Source: Isurus oxyrinchus
Taxonomy: Eukaryota
Assembly (NCBI GenBank): GCA_026770705.1
Contig: JANJGN010000034.1
Location: 16,430,001-16,494,000, forward strand
Direction: 5' to 3'
Length of the DNA stretch: 64,000 bases
The notes below the pieces were generated by a model. That model was not told the origin of the DNA, did not search any database, and saw only the letters and a list, made by a program, of their open reading frames with translations. The position numbers and the translations under genes were made by a program. Shown here in pieces: positions 24,181 to 36,009 of this stretch. Each line of letters starts with the position of its first letter. Positions within the stretch are counted from its first letter, which is position 1.

Positions 24181-24232
24181 ATGAAGGCGCTATTTCTTGG
24201 GCTGTGTGTGTTAGTCCTCAGGGCTGAGGAAG
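24181..24232 (+). CDS. B7-family Ig-superfamily protein, coding exon 1 (signal peptide MKALFLGLCVLVLRAEE)
   Basis: Polypyrimidine acceptor TTTCTCTTCTCTTTCAG|G ATG; donor GAAG|GTGGGT, phase 1; n/h/c signal-peptide pattern; splices in frame to the IgV exon. Confidence 0.8.
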
Positions 24233-24289
24233 GTGGGTACTTGATTGACCTTATCCTATTTGTAATGGCTGACAGAAAAAAACTCAACC

Positions 24290-25440
24290 AGATCAGAGCG
24301 AGGATGTTACACGGAGAGACCGGGGCAGAGAAGGTTAAGGGGGTGATTGAATCGAGGCGTTCAGAATCATGAGGGGTTTGGATGGACTCAGCAAGGAGAA
24401 ACTGTTTCCAGTAACAGGAACGCCAAAGTACACAGGTCCCTGAAGGCAGCAGTTCAAGTGTACAAGGTTGTGACCAAGGCTTATGGAATGCTCTCCTTCA
24501 ATAGCAGGGGTATTGAATATAAAAGTAGGGATGTAATGTTGGAATTGTATAAAACACTGATGGGGCCAAAACTGGAGTATTGTGTGCAGTTCTGGCCACC
24601 GCATTACAGGAAGGATGTAGTAGCTCAGGAGAGAGTGCAGAGGAGGTTTACAGGAATGTTGCCAGGGTTAGAAAAGTGTAGCTATGAGGAGAGATTGGAT
24701 AGGTTGGGGTTATTTTCCTTAGAACAAAGAAGGCTGAGAGGTGACTTGATCGAGATGTACAAAATTACGAGGGGAATAGTTAGAGTGGACAGGATAAAAT
24801 TGTTTCCCTTGGAGGAGAATTCAAGAACCAGGAGACATAGATTCAAGGTAAGTGGCAGAAGGTGTAGGGGGGACATGAGGAAGAACTTTATTACACAGAG
24901 GGTAGTGGGTGTCTGGAATTCGCTGCCCAAGTTGGTGGTAGAGGCAGAAACTCTAAACTCTTTTAAAAAGTACCTGGATCTGCACCTTGAGTGCTGTAAG
25001 CTGCTGCAGGCATTGGGCCGGGTGCAGAAAGGTGGGATTAGAAAGGACCCCTGGGTGTCCTCAGGCTGGATCATGGACAAGATGGGCCGAATGGCCTCCT
25101 TCTGTGCTGTAACTTTTCTATGTTTCTATGGTTCTATGGAGGGTCGGTAACCAGAGGGACACAGATTGAAGGGAATCAGGAAAAGACCAGAGGGGGGAGA
25201 TGAGGACAATTTTTTTTTTGACACAGCGAGTTGTTGTGATCTGGAAGGCGCTGCTGAAAGGGCGGTGGAAGCAGATCAATAGGAACTTTCAAAAGGGGGG
25301 AATCGGAGGAATAATTGAAGGGGAGAAATTTGCAGGACTGTGAGGGAAAGAGCAGAGGGGTGAGAGTTGGACTAATTGGATAGGTCTTTCAAAGAGCCGA
25401 CACAGGCATGATGGGCTGAATGGCCTCCTCCTGTGCTGTC
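24290..25440 (+). mobile_element. Nested CR1 fragments: younger CR1 3' end (about 24421-25139) inserted in an older CR1 3' fragment
   Basis: ORF 24347-25150 is a CR1 ORF2 C-terminus (LYKTLMGPKLEYCVQFWPPH..LERVQRRFT-like..WNSLP) with a (TTCTATGG)n tail at about 25116-25139; the older copy resumes at GGAGGGTCGGTAACCAGAGG. Confidence 0.88.
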
Positions 25441-25590
25441 TGGTTCTAGGAAGTCCAAATCTTGACTGTTTTTCAATTGCATTCAATGGGTTGTTTCAGC
25501 TGGCGGGGGGGTGGGGTGTCAATAGAAAGAAATATCCAGAGGGGAGTATAACTGCCAGTTCTCCACCCTCCTTCCAAAATTTGTAACATT

Positions 25591-25970
25591 TTGAGGACAG
25601 TCAGAGATTAATTACTGTGAGACTCAGCTTGAGGATAGTCAGAGGCTAATTGCTGTGGCAGATGTATCCCTCAAGAGGACACTTAGAGAGCCTAGTAGCT
25701 GTGACCAACTCTTTTGAGAACAGTAAAGAGACCAATTTTTGTAAGCGGCACACCTTGAAGAAAGTTAGGCACTAATTGCAATGAGATACGGCCTGAGGAA
25801 AGTCAGGGCTAAGTTATGGAACTGACACACCCTGAGAACAATAAGAGGTTAATTACGCTGACCAGCATATTTGAGGACAGTTGGAGGCTAATTGCTGTGA
25901 GGCACATCATGAGGACAGTCAGAGGCTAATTGCTACGGCAGGCAAATCTTCAAGGACAGTTAGAGGTTAG
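25591..25970. repeat. Old, degenerate ~39-40-bp tandem repeat (~10 copies; core TGAGGACAGTCAGAGGCTAATTGCTGTG)
   Basis: The core recurs near 25592, 25630, 25674, 25715, 25756, 25794, 25833, 25872, 25910 and 25950. Confidence 0.7.
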
Positions 25971-26394
25971 TTCCTTTCTTTGGATCAGCAAAAGCAAATC
26001 ATCCACCAATGTGAAACTCCTCACATCCCCTCACCAGTGCCTGCGTCTGAACCAGGCTCTGAGGTTTGGTCAGAAATTCATCCATCAGAGTATCGTGGGT
26101 GAGGCCAGGCTGCGATTGTCGTAAACTGCAACAATACAGTAGTCTTCCAGAGTTATTCAATTAACTGAACTTAAGTTCCATGGTGAGATTTGAAACTCAT
26201 ACCTCTGGGTAATTAGTCAAGGTGACAGGATTACTGATCAGGTAACATAACCGCTCAGCTACCATACACTGATTCCAAAACCAAGAACAGTCCCGAGGAA
26301 ATATAATTGATGTGCTGCAGCTGCCTGTTCTACATACCGTCCGGGTCTCTGTTTGTGCTGGAGTCAGCTCCTGGAATGATGCCTGGGTTGGCAA

Positions 26395-27630
26395 GCTGTA
26401 ACTGGTGGAGCGCTGCAGGGATCAGTTCTGGGGACCTCAACTATTTACAATCTATATCAGTGACTTGGATGGCTGCATTGTAGCCAAATTTGCTACTGAC
26501 ACAAAGCTAGGCAAGGAAAGCAAGCTGTGAGGATGATGCAAAGAGTTTGCAAAGGGGACATAGTCAGGTAAAGTGAGCGGGCAAAAGTTTGGCAGGTGGG
26601 GTATAATATGGGAAATGTGAACTTGTCCAGTTTGGCAGCAAGAATGGAAAAGCGGAATGTTATTTGAAACGGAGAGAGACTGCAGAATGTTACAGTAAAG
26701 AGGGATCTGGGTGTCCTTGTCCATGAATCACAAAAAGGTCAGCATGCAGGCACAGCAAGTAATTAGGAAGGCAAATGAATGTTGGTCTTTATTGCAAGGG
26801 GGATGGAGTATAAAAGTAGGGAAGTCTTGCTACAGCTGTACAGGGCATTGGTGAGACCATACCTGGTGTACCGTGTACAGTTTTGGTCTCCTTACTTAAG
26901 GAGGGATAGACTTGCATTGGAATCAGTCCAGAGAAGGTTCACTCGGCTGATTCCTTGGGTGAAGGGGGTTTGTCTTAGGAGGAAAGGTTGAGCAGGTTGG
27001 GTCTGTATCCACTGGAGCTTAGAAGAATGAGAGGCGATCTTATTGAAACAGATCAGATTCTGAGGGGGGGGCGGGGGGGGGGGGCGGGGGGGTTCTTGAC
27101 GGGGTGGATGCCTGAAAGGATGTTTGCCCCTCGTGGGGGACTCTAGAACTCGGGGGCACAGTTTCAGGATAAGGGGGTCTCCCAATTAAGGATGGAGATG
27201 AGGAGGCATTTCTTCTCTCAGAGGGCTGTTAGTCTGTGGAATCCTCTTCCCCAGAGAGCCGTGGGGGGGGTGGGGGGGGGGGGGGGGGGGGGGGGGGTGC
27301 GGGTGGGGGGGTGGGGGGGGTTGGGGGGGTGGGGGGGTCGGGGGGGGGGGGGTGGTGGGGGGTGGGGTGGGGGGGGGGCGGGTTGGGGGGGGGTGGTGGC
27401 GGTCGGGACATTGGACTGTTGTGTCTAGTTCTGGGCTCCGCACTTCAGGGACAAAGTGGAGGTATTAGAGCGGGTGCAGAGTCACGAGAATGGTTGCAGG
27501 GGTAGAGGAACTTCATTTGGGTGGGTAGAGGGGAGAATGTGAGACTGTTCTCCTCGGAGAAGAGGAAGCTGAGAGGATAGAGGTGCTCAAAATGATGAGG
27601 GGTCTGGACAGAGAGGATAGCAAAAAAATC
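26395..27630 (+). mobile_element. Degenerate CR1 ORF2 3' half with long G-tract expansions
   Basis: LQLYRALVRPYLVYRVQFWSPYL..VQRRFTRLIP; G-rich tracts at 27063-27092 and 27261-27400. Confidence 0.85.
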
Positions 27631-27639
27631 CCATTGGTT

Positions 27640-27976
27640 TTTTTTTAAAATTCATTCATGGGAGGTGGGCATCGCTGGCTAGGCCAGCATTTGTTGCCCA
27701 TCCCGAACTGCCCTTGTTCAGAGGGCATTTAAGAGTCAACCACACATTGCTGTGGGTCTGGAGTCACATGTAGGCCCAACCAGGTAAGGGCAGCAGATTT
27801 CCCTCCCTAAAGGGACAGGAGTGACCCGGATGGGACTTTACGACAATCGACGATAATTCCATGGTCATCGTTAGACTTTTAATTCCAGATTTTTATTGAA
27901 CTCGAATTCCACCATCTGCCCTGGCGGGATTTGAACCCAGGTCCCCGGTAGCGTTATTTTGGGTCTCTGGACTACC
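27640..27976 (-). mobile_element. HE1-like tRNA-derived SINE
   Basis: Pol III B box GGTTCAAATCC (minus strand, about 27927-27937), central body shared with 62700-62993 and 63480-63800, and a HER1-like 3' tail. Confidence 0.8.
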
Positions 27977-28336
27977 TTGGTCATTGGCTTCCCTACAGGG
28001 GAAGGATCGAGGAACAGAGGGACTCAGGTTTAAGGCGATTGGCAAAAGGAGCGACAGAGACATGAGGAGAACTTTTTATCCCACGCAGTGAGTGGTTGGG
28101 ACCGGGAATGCACTGCCTGAGAGCGTGTGGGGGGTGGGGGGTTGCAGATTCAATTGAGGATTTGAAAAGGGAATTGGATCGTTGTCCGAAACATCTGCAG
28201 GGTTAAGGGAAAAGGCAGGCGGGGGTGGGGTGGGGGGGCGGGGGGGAACGGCCTCCTTCTGCGCTGTAACCATTCTTCCCATTCTCTGACTTCTCTTTTT
28301 GCTCGAGGCGTTGACCGATTTCCCTTCCTTTCGCAG

Positions 28337-28657
28337 GCCCAAAATTCAGCGTCACCGCACACTACAGCGGGGAAGTCATCCTTCCATGCAGCACAGGAGG
28401 CAGCTCTGTCGGGAGGGTTTATTGGCAAAAGGAGGGCAATAAACCGGTCTTCATGAAAGCCTATTGCACAGACGGAAGTAACTGCGACAAGATCAAGTCC
28501 AGCTATGCTGGCCGAGCACTCTTCATTGGCAATTTAACACGGGGCAACTTCTCTCTCAAACTTCAAGACATTCGCCTTGATGACGAAGGCTCCTACCACT
28601 GTGTGCTAATGAATAATCAAGAAGTCTCTCACTGTCACCATAACCTGAAAGTGATAG
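28337..28657 (+). CDS. B7-family protein, coding exon 2 (IgV domain)
   Basis: Acceptor TTTCCCTTCCTTTCGCAG|, donor G|GTAAGA, phase 1-1. GPKFSVTAHYSGEVILPC..RVYWQKE..YAGRA..GNFSLKLQDIRLDDEGSYHC..LKVI has the V-set Cys/Trp/DxGxYxC; RVYWQKE resembles CD80 RIYWQKE. Confidence 0.92.
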
Positions 28658-28714
28658 GTAAGAGAAATTTAAATTAATCCTCTGCTTCATTTTGACTGGA
28701 ACTGAAAGGGTTAA

Positions 28715-29460
28715 ATTGCAACAAGAGAGAATCTAACCATCACCCCTTGACATTCAATAGCATTACCATCACTGAATCCCCCACCATCAACATCCTGGGG
28801 GTCACCATTGACCAGAAACTGAACTGGAATAGCCATATAAATACTGTGGCTACAAGAGCAGGTCAGAGGCTGGGAATCCTGCGATGAGTAACTCACCTCC
28901 TGACTCCCCAAAGCCTGTCCACCATCTACAAGGCACAAGTCAGGAGTGTGATGGAATACTCCCCACTTACCTGGATGAGTGCAGCTCCACAACACTCAAG
29001 AAGCTCGACACCATCCAGGACAAAGCAGCCCCCGCTTGATTGGCACCACATCCACAAACATTCACTCCCTCCACCACTGACGCACAGTAGCAGCAGTGTG
29101 TGTACCATCTACAAGATGCACTGCAGCAACTCACCAAGGCTCCTTAGACAGCACCTTCCAAACCCACGACCGCTACCACCTAGAAGGACAAGGGCAGCAG
29201 ACACATGGGAACACCACCACCTGGAAGTTCCCCTCCAAGCCACTCACCATCCTGACTTGGAAATATATTGGCCGTTCCTTCATTGTCGTTGGGTCAAAAT
29301 CCTGGAGCTCCCTCCCTAACAGCGCTGTGGGTGTACCTACACCACAGGGACTGCAGCGGTTCAAGAAGGCAGCTCACCACCACCTTCTCCAGGGGCAATT
29401 AGGGATGAGCAATAAACGCTGGTCCCAGCCAGCGAAACCCACATTGCATAAATTAGTTTT
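28715..29460 (+). mobile_element. 5'-truncated HER1-like LINE in the IgV-IgC intron
   Basis: MEYSPLTWMSAAP..; shared 3' tail. Confidence 0.88.
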
Positions 29461-30180
29461 TAAAAATTACATTGCATAGAGTAGGATTGTATTCCTCCGA
29501 GTCTAGAAGATTAAGGCGTGACCTAATCGAGGGGTTTAAGATGAGGTTTCAATAGGGTCTATAGAGAGAAACTATTTCTTCTGGTGTGGTTTATGGGGGG
29601 GTGCAGGGGGAGTCCCTTAAAATTGGAGACGGGCCATTCAGGGGGTGATGTCAGGAAGCACTTCCTCATACAAAGGGGAAGAGGAAATCTGGAACTCTCT
29701 CCCCACACGCACCCCCGCAAAAGGCCATTGACTGAAAATGTCCAAACTGCGATTTTCTTTATTTTTTTTGCTGGGTAAGGGTATTAAGGAACCGAGCTGG
29801 GTAGAGGGAATTTTAAGAGGCAGACGAGCTGTGGCTTACCGAGGGCTGTATGGCCTCCTCCTCTTCCTATACCCCTCTGTCCACTGCTCAAAGGATTGAG
29901 GGTGCGGCTGCCGAGTGAGGGGGATGCAAGTTGCGACGCCCCCTGCAGTCAAATAGCCCAGCACCAATCAACGGCAAGATGCAGGGTTCAGAAAAGCTGC
30001 CAGGGCTCGGTGGTGGGGGGTGGGGAGGGTGGTGGGGTGGGGAGGGGGGCTCTAGGTTGGGGGTGGTGGGATTTGGGTTCCAAAGCTAGGAGCAGAGGTG
30101 GGGAAAAGAAAATGAGAGAGTTTTTTTTTAGCATCAGGTCTTGTCTGTGTTAATGACTCCGATTTTTATCCAACTCTCAG

Positions 30181-30459
30181 CCCAGTACCGGACACCAGAG
30201 ATAAACATCACACGGGGAGTGGACAATGTTGTCACTCTCACCTGTTCCACCAGTGGAGGTTACCCAGAGGCTGCGGTGCGATGGGTGAATGGAAGTGATA
30301 ACAGTTCCTTCCCGGAGAATCTGGTGGTGACCAGACACGTCAGGGACGAGCATCGACTGTACAGTCTGACCAGTGTCCTTCGGGTCAAAGTCAGTAATGA
30401 CCGCATCACCTGTCAAATCATCAGCAACAGAACTGAAGACATCAATAACTCGGTCTCAG
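30181..30459 (+). CDS. B7-family protein, coding exon 3 (CD80-like IgC domain)
   Basis: Acceptor ..CTCTCAG|, donor CAG|GTGAGG, phase 1-1. AQYRTPEI..VTLTCSTSGGYPEAAVRW..DEHRLYSLTSVLRV..ITCQI carries the B7/butyrophilin C-domain signature CxSxGGYPxP/A. Confidence 0.92.
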
Positions 30460-30599
30460 GTGAGGCTGCGAGAGCCAAACTCCTGTAGTAACTGTAGAGA
30501 TTCATTGCCATGTTGCTGTGTTCCGGAGGGAAGAGGGTAGATTGTCCGAAGGACCATAGTGAGCAGCAATTCCATAATCTTCAAATTCCAAAGGTTATG

Positions 30600-31866
30600 G
30601 GAAGGGCTCCCCAGCAGAGAGACCTGAACCCAGAATCCAGGCACGCAGGTCCAATACAGTACTGAGGGAGTGCTGCACTGTCAGAGGGTCAGTATTTAAG
30701 GATTGCCGTACTGTCGGATGGTCAGTACTGAGGGAGTGCTGCACTGTCGGAGGGTCAGTACCGAGGGAGTGCTGCACTGTCGGAGGGTCTGTACTGAGGG
30801 AGTGCTGCACTGTCAGAGGGTCTGTACTGAGGGGAGTGCTACACTGTCAGAGGGTCAGTACTGAGGGAGTGCTGCACTGTCGGAGGGTCAGTACTGAGGG
30901 AGTGCTGCACTGTCGGAGAGCCAGTATTTAAGGATTGCCGTACTGTCGGATGGTCAGTACTGAAGGAGTGCTGCACTGTCTGAGGGTCAGTATTTAAGGA
31001 TTGCCGTACTGTCGGATGGTCAGTACTGAGGGAGAGCTGCACTGTCGGAGGGTCAGTACTGAGAGAGTGCTGCACTGTCGGAGGGTCATTGCTAAGGGAG
31101 TGCTGCACTGCCAGAGGGTCAGTGCTGAGGGAGTGTGCACTGTCGGAGGATCAGTACAGAGGGAGTGCTGCACTGTCAGAGGGTCAGTACTGAGGGTGTG
31201 CTGCACTGCCAGAGGGTCAGTACTGAGGGAGTGCAGCACTGTCGGAGGATCAGTACTGAGGGAGTGCTGCACTGCCAGAGGGTCAGTACTGAGGGAGTAC
31301 TGCACGGTCGGAGGGTCAGGACTGAGGGAGTGCTGTACTGTCAGAGGGTCAGTGCTGAGGGAGTGCTGCACTGTCAGAGGGTCAGTACTGAGGGAGCGCT
31401 GCACTGCCGGAGGGTCAATACTGAGGGAGCACTGCACTGTCAGAGGGTCAGTACTGAGGGAGCGCTGCACTGTTAGAGGGTCAGTGCTGAGGGAATGCTG
31501 CACTGTTGGAGGGTCAGTGCTGAGGGAGCTCTGCACTGTCAGAGGGTCAGTACTGAGGGAGTGCTGCACTGTTGGAGGGTTAGTACTGAGGGAGTGCTGC
31601 ACTGCCAGAGGGTCAGTACTGAGGGAGCTCTGCACTGTTGGAGGGACAATATTTAGCATGAGATGTTAAACCAAGGCCCCTGTCTGCCCTCTCAGGTGGG
31701 TGTAAAAGATCCCATGGCCACTATTTTGAAGATGAGCGCTGTGTCCTGGGGCCAATATTTGTCTCTCAACTAAAACACTTAAAACAGATGATCTGGGTCA
31801 TTGTCACACTGCTGTTTGTGGGAGCTTGCTGTGCGCAAATTGGCTGCTGTGTTTCCCACGTTACAA
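30600..31866 (+). mobile_element. Deu-domain-type SINE with an internal 33-bp minisatellite expansion (about 30655-31645, ~30 copies)
   Basis: The array is followed by ATGAGATGTTAAACCAAGGCCCCTGTCTGCCCTCTCAGGTGGGTGTAAAAGATCCCATGGC..GCTGTTTGTGGGAGCTTGCTGTGCGCAAATTGGCTGC, which I recognise from memory as the DeuSINE/SacSINE1-type central domain; also present at 38690-39880 on the minus strand. Confidence 0.75.
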
Positions 31867-31869
31867 ACC

Positions 31870-32770
31870 TTATGCAGCTCCAGCAACAGTCAACAAGCTC
31901 AATACATCCAGGACAAAGCAACCCGCTTAATTAAAAACCCATCTTCCACCTTCAATATTCACTCCCTACACCACTGACGCACAGTAGCAGCAGTGTGTGT
32001 ACCATCTGCAAGATGCACTGCAGGAATTCACCAAGGCTCCTTAGACAGCACCTTCCAAACTCACGACCTCTACCATCTAGAAGGACAAGGGCAGCAGACA
32101 CATGGGGAACATCACCACCTGGAAGTTCCCCTCCAAGTTACTCACCATCCTGACTTGGAAATATATCGGCCGTTCCTTCAGTCGCTGGGTCAAAATCCTG
32201 GAACTCCCTCCCTAACAGCACTGTGGGTGGGCCTTACAGCAGTAGAAGAGGATATTCAGCCCATTGTGCGGGCTGTTTGAAAGATCTATCCAATTATCCC
32301 CACACTCTCCCCCCCACCTTGCTCTTTCCCCCATAGTCCTGCAAATCTTTCCCCTTCAATTATTAATCCAATTCCCCCTTTTGAAAGTTCCTATTGAATC
32401 TGCTTCCACCGCCCTTTCAGGCAGCGCCTTCCAGATCACAACAACTCGCTATGTCAAAAAAAATTCTCCTCATCTCCCCCTCTGGTTCTTTTCCCGATTC
32501 TCTTCAATCTGAGTCCCTCTGGTTACCGACCCTCCTGCCACTGGAAACAGTTTCTCCTTATTGACTCTATCCAAACCCCCTTCATGATTCTGAACGCCTC
32601 GATTCAATCTCCCCCTTAACCTTCTCTGCTCTAAAGGAGAACAATCCCCAGCTTCTCCCAGTCCCTCCACATGAACTGGAGTCCCCGGGACCATTCGAGT
32701 AGATCGCCGTCTCACCAAGCCTTCCTAAAGTCCATGGTGACCGGAAGTGGACACAGTCCTCCAGCTGGTC
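31870..32770. mobile_element. HER1-like LINE fragment (+, about 31870-32230) followed by a CR1 3' fragment (-, about 32250-32770)
   Basis: Homology to other copies in the window; FSLEQRRLRG-type translation. Confidence 0.8.
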
Positions 32771-33219
32771 GTTGAGAGATTTGGCAAGGTTTAACAGTGA
32801 CATTATTGTTCTTGGACTTCAAAACACTATTAATATTGCCAAAAGTCCCACTGGCTTTTCAAGAATGTTTCACAATATTTGCTTTTATCCCAGTAAAAGA
32901 GAGTTTCCTACTCTCTTAGAATTGCAGACATTCACTCTGTCTATTCTGTTCCACAACCCCTGTTAAAATTGTACCTCAAGTTGATAAAAAAAATCTCTTA
33001 ACTCTCAAAACACTTCACACTTCCTTCCCTTAAATGTCACGTGCATGTGTTAACCACACCAGTTAACAGATTCAGAAGAAGTTCCTGCCTGTAATGCTTG
33101 AAGTGATGGCCACATGTTCACCCTGGGGCTGTGTGGGAAGCAGCCTACTTATTCAGCAGAACACTGTGGCTTAGTCCCACCCAAGTGTTCAGTGCAAACT
33201 TCAACACTGATCTGCCCTC

Positions 33220-33873
33220 TGCAGTGCTGAGGGAGTACTGCACTTTTGGAGGGTCACTGCTGAGGGAGTGCTGCACTGTCAGAGGGTCAGTACTGAGGGA
33301 GTGCTGCACTGTCAGAGGGTCAGTACTGAGGGAGTGTGGCACTGTCGGAGGGTCAGTACTGAGGGAGCACTGCACTGTCAGAGGGTCAGTACTGAGGGAG
33401 TGCTGCACTGTCAGAGGGTCAGAACTGAGGGAGCGCTGCACTGTCAGAGGGTCAGAACTGAGGGAGTGCTGCACTGTCGGAGGGTCAGTACTGAAGGAGT
33501 GCTGCACTGTCGGAGGATCAGTACTGAGGGAGAGCTGCACTGTCGGAGGGTCAGTACTGAGGGAGCACTGCACTGTCGGAGGGTCAGTACTGAGGGAGCG
33601 CTGCACTGTCGGAGGATCAGTACTGAGGGAGAGCTGCACTGTCGGAGGGTCAGTACTGAGGGAGCACTGCACTGTCGGAGGGTCAGTACTGAGGGAGTGC
33701 TGCACAGTCGGAGGGTCAGTACTGAGGGAGCACTGCACTGTCGGAGGGTCAGTACTGAGGGAGTGCTGCACTGTCGGAGGGTCAGTACTGAGGGAGCACT
33801 GCACTGTCGGAGGGTCAGTACTGAGGGAGTGCTGCACTGTCGGAGGGTCAGTACTGAGGGAGTGCTGCACTGT
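33220..33873 (+). repeat. 33-bp minisatellite, ~20 copies, preceded by a degenerate SINE head
   Basis: Same unit as 14655-18858. Confidence 0.95.
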
Positions 33874-34214
33874 TAGTGTCTGGAATGCGCTGCCTGAGAG
33901 TGTGGTGGAGGCAGATTCATTCGAGTCATTCAGGAGGGCATTGTATTATGACCTGTTAAGTAAGAATGTGCTAGGCTACAAGATGAAAGTGGGGGAGTGG
34001 CACTAGATAAATTCCTCTCATGAAGAGCCAGCATAGAGAAGTTGCACTGAATGGCCTTTGTGCTGTAACGATTCTGGTGACACTATGATGGCGATACTCT
34101 GGAAGGCACAGCTGCTGCAAGGGAGTGTAAGGTGTGGTGAAAGGATTCAGCTGCAGTAACAAGAGATTCTATCGGATAATGGTTGACTTTCTCTCTTCCT
34201 CATGTTTTGTTCAG

Positions 34215-34324
34215 TGTACCCCAACGGTCGTGGACCCAGCTCGATCAAGGTTGCCTCTGGAGCAAGCAAGCTGTCCTTCCTCTGGAGCATTCTCATAACC
34301 GGTGCCTCGCTCTCTTTGAAGTAA
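34215..34324 (+). CDS. B7-family protein, last coding exon (linker + hydrophobic C-terminus, putative GPI signal)
   Basis: Acceptor CTTTCTCTCTTCCTCATGTTTTGTTCAG|; phase 1 gives VYPNGRGPSSIKVASGASKLSFLWSILITGASLSLK-stop (TAA 34322-34324). Total CDS is 52+321+279+110 = 762 nt. Confidence 0.7.
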
Positions 34325-36009
34325 ACCCTTCTCGATTCTTCTGTCTGCTCTGAATGTCCCTCTGCTGCGGGCAGTGGGTGGACACAGACTGGCGCGTGCC
34401 ACATCTCCGCTCTCCTTCCCCTTGCCTCTTGGCCAGACGTGGTCACGCCCGGACATCATGGTTGAGGAGCCTGTCTGACTGTCTTGCCTCTGTTAGCTTA
34501 GCCGCACATAGCGTTGGGGGGGCTGGGGAGGGGGAGGGTGGTGGTGCAGGAGGTGTTTGGNNNNNNNNNNNNNNNNNNNNNNNNNNNNNNNNNNNNNNNN
34601 NNNNNNNNNNNNNNNNNNNNNNNNNNNNNNNNNNNNNNNNNNNNNNNNNNNNNNNNNNNNNNNNNNNNNNNNNNNNNNNNNNNNNNNNNNNNNNNNNNNN
34701 NNNNNNNNNNNNNNNNNNNNNNNNNNNNNNNNNNNNNNNNNNNNNNNNNNNNNNNNNNNNNNNNNNNNNNNNNNNNNNNNNNNNNNNNNNNNNNNNNNNN
34801 NNNNNNNNNNNNNNNNNNNNNNNNNNNNNNNNNNNNNNNTTGGTGNNNNNNNNNNNNNNNNNNNNNNNNNNNNNNNNNNNNNNNNNNNNNNNNNNNNNNN
34901 NNNNNNNNNNNNNNNNNNNNNNNNNNNNNNNNNNNNNNNNNNNNNNNNNNNNNNNNNNNNNNNNNNNNNNNNNNNNNNNNNNNNNNNNNNNNNNNNNNNN
35001 NNNNNNNNNNNNNNNNNNNNNNNNNNNNNNNNNNNNNNNNNNNNNNNNNNNNNNNNNNNNNNNNNNNNNNNNNNNNNNNNNNNNNNNNNNNNNNNNNNNN
35101 NNNNNNNNNNNNNNNNNNNNNNNNNNNNNNNNNNNNNNNNNNNNNNNNNNNNNNNNNNNNNNNNNNNNNNNNNNNNNNNNNNNNNNNNNNNNNNNNNNNN
35201 NNNNNNNNNNNNNNNNNNNNNNNNNNNNNNNNNNNNNNNNNNNNNNNNNNNNNNNNNNNNNNNNNNNNNNNNNNNNNNNNNNNNNNNNNNNNNNNNNNNN
35301 NNNNNNNNNNNNNNNNNNNNNNNNNNNNNNNNNNNNNNNNNNNAGAGGAGCTGTGTAATCGATGAAATTGTTCAGGTGCTAAATGGAGGGGGGGGGGGGC
35401 CTGCCGAAACATCTGGTTGGGACTGACCGGCTGCGATTGTCGTACACCGAGAAGACTTTGGTTCCGGGATGGGGGGGTTGTGAGTCAGAGGAAAGAGGAC
35501 AAACAGAGCCGGTCCGGGTATGCTGCCCGTTTTTCCACCTCGCGGAACAGCAATGGACAATTACCCAGCTCCGGCCTGGCCCACCCACCACCCCCACCCC
35601 ACCCAGCCACGCCCCCCCCCGCCACGCCAGCCCTGACCCAAGCCGCCCGCCCGAGCCAAGCAATGGAACCATACTCGACCTCAGGATGTGCCTGCTGCAA
35701 CCGCTGCCCCCTGCTGTGAAGCCTCCTGCAGTCGAGGCAGGAGAGTGGGAATGGACAGGACGTTTGTTACGATGGAATCCGGGCAGGCGTGTGAATTTTA
35801 AGGGTCTCCAGCTGCCCAAGTCTGGATTACTGGATGTGTCTGAACTCTGGGGTTAATTTGCGATTCATATTAAAAGGACAGTTTTGAAATCTTGGTTGAT
35901 TGTTTGAAATCCTGCTTCAGTCCACTTTTGTACCTTTGTTCCCAACCCGCTCGACTATTCCAACACTCTACTGCCCAGCCTCCCATCCCCCCGCCCTCCG
36001 TAAACTTCA

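Noticed and set aside
24347-25150. 267-aa ORF as part of the B7 gene
   Set aside because: CR1 ORF2 C-terminus lying in an intron.
27261-27400. Long poly-G tract as a functional G4 element or Gly/Pro-rich ORF
   Set aside because: Low-complexity expansion inside a decayed CR1; homopolymer length is unreliable.
27925-27976. tRNA gene
   Set aside because: Only a B box inside a SINE head; no cloverleaf.
34354-35426. ORFs of 283-334 aa, and those over 11044-11483 and 21466-21882
   Set aside because: They consist mostly of N (assembly gaps).
26108-35444. Shared 16-mer GGCTGCGATTGTCGTA at about 26108 and 35429, and CAGTCCCGAGGAA at about 26288 and 37580
   Set aside because: The flanks do not align; matches of this length are compatible with chance in a 64-kb window.
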